DNA from: Podarcis tiliguerta
Taxonomy: Eukaryota
DNA: 64,000 bases
Strand: one strand, 5' to 3'
Assembly: GCA_965153285.1 (NCBI GenBank)
Contig: OZ229115.1
The translations under genes and the position numbers were made by a program. The notes below the pieces were generated by a model that was not told the DNA's origin, ran no database searches, and worked only from the letters and a program-made list of their open reading frames with translations. Shown here in pieces: positions 49,359-61,300 of this stretch. Numbering within the stretch: position 1 is the stretch's first letter; the number at the start of each line of letters is the position of its first letter.

Positions 49359-52300
49359 ATGTCTGATGGGACGTAAGTACATAGTGTGCAATCTATATGC
49401 TTTGAATTAGGTTGATAGTTAAATAAAATAACAAAGTGTGCCAGTTGCTTGACTTAATTCATATTGATTAAGCAAGCTTTATTACAGGAGAAGTTCACAG
49501 AAATAAGATGGGAAGGGCAATTAACCTGATGTAAGTAATTAAAAGGCAGCATTTTAGCTTTTAATCATTCAGAAATACTGTGGAAAATAGAACAGAAGTT
49601 TTTTTGTGATTAGGAACAGAAAGGAAAATTGGTGTAAAGAAGTTTCATTGGTTATAATAACTTTGAAGTAAAAGATATGCAGTTGAGAAATGACATGAAA
49701 CTAGATGTGTTGATGATGTTAAACTTAGCAAACCCAATATGATAAATGATGGGAATAACTAGAAGATGGGCAAAATATCTGGCTGCATATAAATTAATTA
49801 CTAAAGCAGAGTGCAGCACAGTACATACATATTAACTCTCTTTGGAACTGAATCAGTGGTCCTTATTATTTGTCAATTATTGATGTCTAAAACAGTTCAA
49901 CTAGTGGAGGCCTATAATAGGCCAATTATGAGAAAATCACCCCTAAATTTTAAACATGGAATAGTCTACTAGGACAATCCTATGCATGCTTACTCAGAAG
50001 TAAGTACCACTGTTTCACTGGGGCTTTTCTCCAGGAAAGGTATGCAAGAGATTCCACCAAAGAGATAATGTGAAAGACAGACACGTGAAAATTCATCATT
50101 TCCAAGTTAGAAGAGATATTGTAAAATAACTAAGAGAAGATGGGGGGGGCAGTTTTAGGAGCAGACTTGTGGAAATGAACATATTTGGACAGATTGGAAA
50201 TTAAAGCTGTGGTCCTATGCCAAATTATCTGAGAATAAGTCTTGTTGATCAGTCTTGGACTTCCATACTTAAGAACCCTAAAATGAGCTCTGTCATTGGA
50301 ATGAAGCAGGATATAAAAGAAACTCATAAGCCATCCCTGTCAACCGCTTTCTGCTCTGAACAACTGGGACAAAAATATGGTTGTAGAGAATAGGAAGTGT
50401 TTCCATAATGAGCTAGTTAGAAAAAGCAAAGGATCTATGGGTGGTATATGAATACGCCATACTCAGAGTAGATTCACTGAAATCAGTGGACAAATTAGTC
50501 ATGAATAGACCCACTGAAATGAATAGACATGTCAGACCCTCACTTCTGGCTGGAAGGACCACAGAATGGGGTTCAGAATAACTTCCTGTGGTAGGATAAC
50601 TGAAAATCTGCCTGCATGTTTCAAACTCCCCCCCCCCCCCGTGTTCTTTGGTAGATGTCTGCGCAGAAGAAAAGGTGCACATGAAATAGAACCCAAAACT
50701 GATCTTACTCGCTGGCGATTCAGCTCCGTGGAAGGGCGGCATAGATGGTACTACGTGGCAGACAATGAAGAATGTTCCCGTGAACAGAATGCACTCGAGG
50801 CTTACACTTTAGGGCTGGACACTGTAAGTGGCTTAATGATAACAGATGGTACAACACGGAAAGGCTACAAAAGGAGCACAGGGCATGAGGACTGCTGGCT
50901 TGACCCTGCCTAGCGCAGTTTCCCAAGGGCTGGGTCATTTTTCTTTTGGCTTCTCATCTTCTGACACCTCAGTTAGGAACACAGGAAGCTTGGTTATTGC
51001 TTTCATAGAATCATAGAATTGTGGAGGGGATCATGAGGGTCATCTCCTCCAACCGCCTGCCACTTGGTGCAGTACAACTGCAACTTGATAATGTCAGGGT
51101 TGAATATGAAACCCTACTTGAAAAAAGACAAGCCTGCAAGATGAATATGACAATCGACAGGAAATACTGAAATACACAACTTGGTTATCACTTTCTACAA
51201 AGTGGCTGCTCTGTGCTTGATACCTAGAAAGCTAAGTGAGTTCATCTGCAAGCCAGAGTCAGTGCAGGGTTCTTACCTGTGGAAAGGGAGTTGGGCTACA
51301 TGATCTTCTGGTCCCTTATATTCTATGGTTCTCTGATCTAAGAGCTCAGAGATGTTCTCTAGAAAGCCACTTTCTTGCTCTCAATGATTATTCTCCGGTA
51401 TACTGATAATCATTTCCATGATGCACATATGATACATTTGCATGAGGGACATTGTGTGTGTGAAAATACTGAGGCACATGCATCCTCTATGCAGTTTGTT
51501 TAGAGAAAGACTCCTGGATTTCTGAACAGCTGTGATCTCCCACTGATGTGAAGCATTGTGAGATGTTTGCAGATGTTGATTTCACTTGCGGAATCATTGT
51601 GTGGTTGTAAAACTTTATTTTGGAATGGTCTCTCAGGAGCAAACCATCCATTACATTAAACAACTTTTTGTATTTAACATGACTGTTGTTCAACTACATG
51701 AGCACCCAGTCAGGATGGGGATTGTGGTGGGTGGGAAGGAGGGAGTTTTGCCTTTCCGCGCCTGCTGGTGTCTCCAGGCACATACAAATAGCAGCTGGCG
51801 AGGGGCGGGGGGATTTCATTGAGACTACTGCTAAGAGGGGAAGTATTAAATGACACTTCCCCATCTGCCATGGTCCCTATCCTGACTACCTTTCTCTGCT
51901 ATATTTATTTTTAAATGACCCAACAGTTACATTATATGTGGCAGGACATTTAACACTATGCATACTTTGTACTGTAGCCAGCCTTTTTAATTTCTGTACA
52001 TTTCTCTTATTTCCCCCATTTTGTTTTACAGAGTAAGTTCTTTCCAGACTTGCCCAAAGCCCATACGGCCCAGGAAGCAGTCCAGAAAGCGATTAAATTC
52101 TTCTCTGGCCTGCAAGTGGAAGATGGCCATTGGGCCATGGAGTGCTCTGGTGTCCTTGCTCTTGGACCAGGTATAGGAACGCTAACAGACTTACCACAAA
52201 TACATTAACGGGCCTCCCTGTATATTTTCTATAAATCTATTTCTTTTTTTACCAGATAGGCTAGGCACAGATAGTTGGACATTTCGAGAAACCTCTGAAA

Positions 52301-55300
52301 CTGCTTAAATCAGTTGTCTTTCTTTTGCCTGTACAAAGCTGTTCATCATAATAACATAGGAAGCTGCCTTATCCCACTGGCACATTTATCTCAACACTGA
52401 ACTGGTAGCAACCCTCTGTGGTTTCCCCAGCTCTATGCCCAGGATCCAACTTGGGATTTTCTGCCACAAAGCAAAAGCTATCACTCTTTCCAATGAAGTC
52501 AGAATAATCTAGAATAATGGACCTGTAAGCCTTTAGTATGAAAGGAACAAAGAGCTCTCACCTTTCAGAAACAGCATGAGAACTGAAACACAGGCATCCA
52601 TTGGCATTTGCTATTCACTGAATTTTGTAGTGCAGTTCTCCAGTCACATAATGTGTAGAATGGCATATGCTAGAGTAACAACAACAGCAGAAACAACAAT
52701 AATAGCTTTGCACAAATTTGTATATTGGGATGATGAATTTTCATGAGAACTAAAATGAAAATGAAAATCACAAACTCATGCAAAAAAGTGAACCAAACTT
52801 GGAAATGAAGTGAGAGAAGTGAGAGAAGCTGAATTCAGTTCAGTCCCTGTATGCAGAAGGTCCTAGGCTTGTCCTCTGGCATCACCTGATAGGAGACCCC
52901 AGCAGTTTGAAGAAAATTCACTGAGAATCCTGCTGGCTGTTGTTCAATGGTCTACCACACAGGGGATGTGCATACAGCTCCAGGCAATCACTGTAAGCAG
53001 CATCCAACATTGAAATCATGCACCTTCTAGTAAGGAGGCAGAAGTGATGATATTTTGCCTAAACTTGCTAGATAATTAAATCTTGTTATGTTTGACCTTT
53101 TTCTTCTGTTTCAAGATAGGGGAAAAAAACCCCACATCTACCAGGGGTACAAAAGCACAAATTACATTTTGATATCCCATCAGGTGGTATCCAAACAAAT
53201 CAAACCAAAATTGAGATAGTCAAGTATTACACATTGTTATCTTTTTTGAAAAATCAAACAGGTTTTTTGATGTCATGTTATGCTGCCAAGATCTCACTGC
53301 CAGAAGAGGTCGAGAGAGAGCTCCTGCGCTACATCCTCTCAAAACAGCTTCCAGATGGTGGCTGGAATTTGTGAGTAGTCCAAGGAGGGTGTGGTGTTCT
53401 AATTCTGCATATGTTTGTCTTGGGCTGGTCCATGATGCAATTCCTCCATGAAGGCTTCTTTAAATCACTTCTGCATTCTGCTGTCTTTTGACTATGAGCA
53501 ATACTCACCATGTGGACTGGGCAGCAGGGCAGATGACCAGAAGGCCAGCTGGCCTCAACATGTACTGAAGCTGCCCAGCTGTGGCAGAGAAAAATAGAAT
53601 TGTGGCATGAGGGGTGGAGAGAGGCAACAATAATGAAGACATGATTGTGACGTTAACATATGAGAGAGTGCTGGAGGTGAAATAGTTAAACAGGTTACCC
53701 AATCAGGACCCAGGGGGGTGGAGTCAGAGGGACTATAAAACCAGCTCTGGGAGGGGCAAAGGGGGAAGTTTGTTGGGAGTTGGGTGGTTGGTTGGAGTGG
53801 GAGTGAATTGGGCTAGAGTTTGTGAGTAGGTTGAGTTAGTGTTACGAAATAAGCTTAGGGTTGAGTTAGTGTTATGAAATAATACTTAGGGGCTAGGAAG
53901 ACAAGTAAATATCTGAGAGGGGGTTTAGTGAGTGGGAGCAGGTAGCGGAAGTTATAGGTCTGGATAGGCACCCCATGTTTGTAATTGACTGATACCGTTT
54001 ATTAAACCACATGCTTGTTAAACTGCAATAAATAAACAAAAGTTTATGTTCCAATTTAACCCTGACTGGGCTCAGTATTGCACCAGGTAGGGCCTGGGTG
54101 GTGGCAGCGGGAAATAAAGTGGTGGCACAGGGATCAATAGACGGTGAAACGTCCGGGGACCCTGTGTGATCGCCACAATGATATCTGACATCACTCTTGC
54201 CTTTAAAAAGCACCATCTCTAGGAAGTATTACAAGTGATAATGGTCTGGTGAGGCCAGGTTGCCTCCATCCAAATGTATCCCGTCAAACCAATAGCAAAC
54301 CACAAAATAGTTTGGGGTTTGACTCAGCTTTGAATCTGAATTCAGAATCTACATTCTCATTGACCAAGATCAGCTTTATTTATCTGGAATGGAATTTCAA
54401 CTGGTATTCTGACTGTATGAGCTGCTGTCAAGCCCATGCTGTCTCCTGAAAAGAAACATTTCAAAGCACTACATGTCCTTCATTAAGGCATTACTTTTTT
54501 AAAAAAAAGGAAATAGAAAACAAAAGTAGGTATTCTGTGGTATCCCGGCTAATGGCTAGTTAACTGGGTATTCTTGGAGTACAGTGGTACCTTGGGTTAA
54601 GTACTTAATTCGTTCTGGAGGTCCGTTCTTAACCTGAAACTGTTCTTAACCTGAAGCACCACTTTAGCTAATGGGGCTTCCCACTGCTGCCACGCCACCG
54701 GAGCACAATTTCTGTTCTTATCCTGAAGCAAAGTTCTTAACCTGAAGCACTATTTCTGGGATAGCGGAGTCTGTAACCTGAAGCATATGTAACCTGAAGT
54801 GTATGTAACCCGAGGTATCACTGTATTCTGACAAGTTCTCAGAGAAGTTTTTGAATTTATGTTAATGCACCAGAAGAATGGAAACTAAACAATTCAGACA
54901 GCTTCTTAGACATCCAAACACTCTGGTGTACTTTCTAATGGCTCTTTGATCTCTCTTTATGGTAGCCATCTTACAGAACAGTCAACAGTATTTGGCACAA
55001 CCTTTAGCTACATAGCTATGCGAATCCTTGGACTTGGGCCTGACCATCCAGATGTAGTGCGGGCTCGGATAAATCTCCATAAGAAAGGTAAGGCAGAAAT
55101 CTCTGGCAGGGCTGGATCAATCCATTTTGCTTGAGCGTAGTACCCAGGCAAAACTTGGGGGTCCTGGTGTTGTACAGTTATATGGGAGCACCTCTCTATT
55201 CTGTCTCTTTTCCTTCCTTCCTTCCTTCCTTCCTTCCTTCCTTCCTTCCTTCCTTCCTTCCTTCCTTCCCTCCCTTGTGGGTCCTTTTAGAAATCTCCAT

Positions 55301-58300
55301 TGATTGGCATATTGACACCATTTCTATGATCAAACAGAAGATGCTGGTCATATCTTCCCTCCTGTTTTTTTCCTCCTCCAAAATTTATATTGGGAACTCT
55401 TGGGAGAGTCTGGACACGGGCCCTTTTGTGCCACTCCATAAAGCACAAATGCAGCGATAAAATATTATTTAATAAATACAAAGAATGAGGTGAGTTATAG
55501 CCTTTTTATTGCAGTAGCATTCATACATAGGGTTTAATGGCACAGTGGGAGGTGAAGTACAGTGGTACCTCGGGTTAAGTACTTAATTCGTTTGGGAGGT
55601 CCGTACTTAACCCGAAACTGTTCTTAACCTGAAGCACCACTTTAGCTAATGGGGCCTCCTGCTGCCGCCGAGCCGCCAGAGCATGATTTCTGTTCTCATC
55701 CTGAAGCAAAGTTCTTAACCTGAAGCACTATTTCTGGGTTAGCGGAGTGTGTAACCTGAAGCGTATGTAACCTGAAGCGTATATAACCCGAGGTACCACT
55801 GTAGTTACTTCTGCATGGATACAGTCTGAGAAACATATGCATATGGTTCCAGGATGATCAGGGCATTCACTCTGTCCAATATAGAAATGAAGAGGGGACC
55901 CTTTGGCTCAAACCTGTTCAGAAACTCTACACTGAATGTAGCTGACAGCTGTGCAGCTGCTGCTAGACTTGCCCTCCAATGTGTGGAGTGTGGCCAAGCC
56001 AGGCAATGAGGGTATGACAGGGCAGTTAACATATATAAATATATTAAATTCAGTCGTTGTTACAGGCGTCTAAACAGGGTGGAAAACACAGCTTATTTTC
56101 ACTTCAATTTCTTCAGCTAATTGCCTAGGTGTTACAGCTTAGGACTTACGTAATACTTTGGTTCTGAAACAGGGTGGTAATATCTTTATATACATATATA
56201 TTAATATTTTATTTTAAGAATTTGTTGCTTACATTTTACATTCATATCAACACAACAAAACACTACCTTTTGGAGGTTCTCAACCCCCAGACTTCCCCCC
56301 ATCCTCCTCCCCGGTTTCCCATCGTTACCACTTATCTTTTCTGCATCTTTATATATTTCTCTAATTTATTCATTTCCCTTATTACAGAATTTACCCTAAT
56401 TATATCACCAGTGCTATTCTAAGCCTGCTAAAGTTTTTATGTGTTTACAATGCTCCTTCAGATATTCTACAAAATTAGTCCATCTTTTAAAAAACATTTT
56501 GTCCTCTTGGTGTCTGGTCTTCCCAGTCAATTTCGCCATTTCAGCATAGTCCATTAATTTCGTTATCCATTCTTCTTTTGATGAGGTTCTTTCTTCCTTC
56601 CATCCCTGGGCATATAACATTCTCACTGCTGTTGTCGCATGCATAAATAAGACCTTTTTCTCCTTTGGGATTTCTTCTCCTATTATACCTAATAGAAAAG
56701 ACTCTAGTTTTTAAATAAAAGTTATTTTAAACATTTTCTTTAATTCATTATATATAATTTCCCAATATGCTTTTGCTAATTTGCAGGTGCACCACATATG
56801 GAAAAATGTGCCTTCTTTATCTTTACATTTCCAACATGTACTAGACATTTACTCGACATATCATTCCACACTTTTACATAATTATCTTGAAATAAGTTTA
56901 TTTATTTTTTATGTTAACCGACCCCTAAATATTTTACTTTTCTATCTTTAATTCTGTTATTTGTTCAAGTTCATTTTTATTTTGTTCTGTCATATTTTTA
57001 ACCAGCATTTTTTATTTTCCTTTATTTAACTTAAAACCTGCCACTTGGCCAAATTCATTCAATTTCTCTAACACTTTTGGTACCGATTCCAAAGGATTTT
57101 CTACCGTTAATACTAAATCATCTGCAAATGCCTTAAGTTTGTATGACCTAGTTCCAATTGTGATGACTTTGATTTCTTCATCTGTTCTTATCTTTCTCAA
57201 CAAAGTCTCTAACACCAGAATAAATAACAGGGGTGACAATGGACACCCCTGTCTTGTTCCCTTTGTTATATTACATTTTTCAGTAACTGTATTGTTTACT
57301 ATTAATTTAGCCTGTTGCTCAGAATAAATTGCCTCAATACCCTTAGCAAAGACCTGTCCAAAATTCATTATTTCAATTACTTTTTCCATATATGTCCATG
57401 ATATATTATCAAAAGCTTTCTCTGCATCAATAAAAATCAAAGCTGCTTGCTTATCAGTTCTAACTTCTAGATATTCAGTCACATCAATAATGTTCCGTAA
57501 ATTATCTTTCATATATGCACCTGGTAAAAAACCGGCCTGATCTCCATGAATTCATGGGTGTAATTCAGGGTGGTACTTTCTGTCAGTTTCCCAACCTTCT
57601 ATAAATCTTACTTGTGAGGCTCCTCTAGTATAACAGACCAGGGGATCAGCTCACCCGTCCGACTGGTTTGGGATTCTTCTCTTTCAAGAAGATCTCTCCC
57701 CTTCTTACTGAATTGAGAATCCAAATAATATGTCCTCTCACATGTGCTGTTCCCAATTCAGCTTCCCAGTTTTCTCTTGTCTATATACTCTTAAAATCAC
57801 TGTCTCTCAAACTAAGTTCAGAGGCTTTTTTTCTGATTACAGAGTGGATTTAACACACAGCTCAGGAGCTATACAACAATCCAGCTGAATGCCAGAACAC
57901 CAGTTCCTTAGCTGCTTTTTTCTCATGCCTACGCCAAGTGCTGTCACCACCTCCCTCTGGCTACCTGTACCCACAACCAATCAAAAGGAGGCTGCGGCAC
58001 AGCACTCTAGTGGAATTCTGAGGCACTGCATCACTAAACTCTAAACAAGTTGCGCTTTCAATCTCACAAGGCTATAAACATATCTCGGTTTTCACTGAAG
58101 GTTTCTTTGACTTTGCCCCTTCAGTCTATGGAAACGAAAAATTTGTTAATTCTCTTTCCAGGTGGTGCTCTTGGAATCCCTCATCTGGGCAAAGTTTGGC
58201 TGGCTACTATGAATTTGTACAGCTGGGAGGGAATGAATACACTGTTTCCTGAGCTCTGGTATGTGTCCTAAAGTTTACTCATCCCCAACCCACCCTGCCG

Positions 58301-61300
58301 ATCATGAATTGCCAGAGAAAGGTCTCTGCTGCAATAGTATTACACAGTAGACAGATCCTTCACTAAATAGCGATGACTTGGAAATGGAGACATCCATATT
58401 AATCTTCACTACTTCGTGTCTTTGTGACAGAACCTGTTCCTCACAGGATATCATGTAGAGGTTACTCAGAGGAAGAACATCTACTCATGAGTCAGAGTGA
58501 GGTATGGCTGGTTGCCATACCTCTGCCTGATTGGTGAGCAGATACATGTCATGGATGTGGCATATGCTGCATGCTAAGGAGCAAAAACTGCAAGCCGCAA
58601 ATGGAGCTCAAACAGCAGCCCATAGGCCTGGGAAATTATTTTAATGATTTTAGGACTGCTTTAAGCAGTGCTCTTCCCCCTAAAAAATTGTTTAGGGGTA
58701 CTCTCATTTTCTGACTCATATTAAAATACTGCCCCTCAATGAGGCCAAACTTAGATTCACAAAATGTTTAGATGTATGTGCACCCCTGCATACCCCCAGA
58801 AAAGAAGCACTGGTTTTAAGCAAGAAGTAACCAGAAGCTTGCAGAAGATACTAGGTTTCAGGAACTACGTGTGTAAAGAAATGCTGAGACCATTTGGTCT
58901 CTGTGACCAGTGAATTCTTGTCTATCATATTTTTTTTTTGGTAATAGGGTATAACAGGGTTTCAATCTGTATATATAAGAGACTATGGACTCAGCTATAC
59001 AGCTGCAAATAAAACGCTTTAAGTGTGTTTTAAGAGCAATATACAATGTGACACAAGATGGCGATGGTGAGCCTTATGGAAAATTCAAGGTATTTTTTAA
59101 AAGCATTTTCAGAACATTTTTTATATGTGTGTAGATTCTACCTATATAATAGTTTGCTCATGTGCAACCGTCTCTCTGCCTTTTTGATGTGCTTGGGATT
59201 ACAAAGCACAGCTACAAAGATGTTTGGTGCACATTATGCCAATGTGCACATCATGGCAATACTGCACTGGTCCCCTCCACACTTCATTTCCAAGCTCAGA
59301 GTGCAGGCACTCTCAGAGGTCCACAGAGGCCTAGGCCGCTTCCAGTTTTTGAGATCCCTAGCTTTGATAAAAATGAAGATGAAAACGTCAATACTGGAAA
59401 GCAAAATAAGGCACAAAAAATATAGTGGATTGCTTTGTTTGTTATTATGTTATGCTTTTTTGTCTTTTTATACCGTAAACTGCCCTGTGATCCTTGGATG
59501 AAGGGCAATATAACCTGCTTTTAGTGTTACCACTACATTCAGGATTCCTGACATTGTCTTCCATGAACCTGTTTCTTCCTTCTTTCTGAAATAGGCTGTT
59601 TCCTACATGGCTGCCGGGACATCCCTCAACATACTGGTGTCACGCTCGCCATATCACCCTCGCGATGAGCTACTGCTATGCCACTCGCCTGACTGTGGAA
59701 GAAGATGAATTGATCCAGAGTCTAAGACAGGCAAGGCAACATTCTCCAAACATCCCACCATCCTTGGTCAAAGTGGGACCCTCGTACTCCCTTGGATCTG
59801 CACTTGGGGGATTGCTTGCTTGTATCTGACAGGGAGAAGGCTAAACTGGATGTCTTATTTTCCATTTAAGGCAGAAGTCGAGCTCAGAGCATCGGTGTTT
59901 CAAAATGCCATGAGAATATTTATTTTGGAGAGAGGCGGGGGCATGTAAACATGCCACTTGGCCATCCCTATTCCATAGGGGAGGGCAACTTTGGGAGGGT
60001 GGAATATGCAGTGGAGATGGTGCCCAGGGCATCACCCTGCCAAATCATGTAAGTCTCTCTCCTACCATGTTTTTGTTTTAATTTATTTTAATGGCTCTGT
60101 GCTTCGTGCTCCACAGAGAATTGCTTCAGACCTTTGCCTCTTCTCCTAAAAACTGACAGACAACACCCATGTTGCCTTCTCTATCGCAGTACCATAATAC
60201 CAGACTCCCCCTTTTTGATGCATCTTTTTCTTTCTTTCTCCCTTTCGTTTTGGGTGGGAAAATGTGTTTTCTCCTCCCCTCTTCAGAACTACTGAAAAAC
60301 AAATCAATGAAGAACTGTTGAACCATTGATCTATGGAGTTTCCTCCTCTAATATTTAATTCAAGTACACTAATATCCTGCTTCTTCTTTACTATGAAAGT
60401 CATTTCACTTCATGGTTTCCTTCTAGGAGATTTATGTGGAGGACTTCTCCACCATTGATTGGCCAGCCCAGAGGAACAATATTTACGAAGCCGATTTGCA
60501 AACTGCACACAGCTGGATGCTGGATGCTGCTTTTGGTGAGTGATTTTGGAATTGGCAAGTCTTATTCCAGGAATTCGGGTCTTCAACGTAGGTTTTCTAG
60601 GGCTTCCATGGCACAGAGAAAGAGAGGAAGAGACTTCTGTTGGTATAGACAAACACATTTTCTGAGGAATAAGACGTGGCTGTTTTGCATGTCCTTGGCC
60701 CAGACATATATCCATGGAAACATACAACAACTTCCAGGTTTCATATTATCACAGCTTGTTAGCTGGAAGCAAACAGTCAGCTCTGAGAGCAAACACAACA
60801 CAAACCTTTGTAGCAAATACAAGTAAGAGCCTTGCTTTGTGAGCAAGAAGCCTGAACCATGCTATGGACATATGCCATGGAATTATGGATTTTGTTGTCT
60901 CATAAACATTCATGGTGATCATCACTGTGGTTTTGCCTGTCAGACTACAGGATAGTTTGGGACAAACGATCGTAGAAAGGTTTTGAGAAGGGGATCTGCA
61001 AAATGTTCATGGAAGTGTGGGCGGGGGTTACCACAGATGGAAGGCATGGCATTTTGGGTTTTTTCTCTGTGTTAAAAAATTGATTTTTTTATTTTTTTTT
61101 AAAAAAAACTTTAACTGTTGAAAGCTAAATTGTGTTTGTCTTGGCAGACTCTGGCTGGTATCTGCCATTTTCATCTACAGAGAATGCGCTGAATTCTGGG
61201 GGATATGTCAGCTGCCACAGTAACCACCATTGGTGGGCACAATTTCGGTGTGGTAGCAGCTGTTCTCCTTTTCCCACTGAATTCTGGGGGAAAGAAAATG

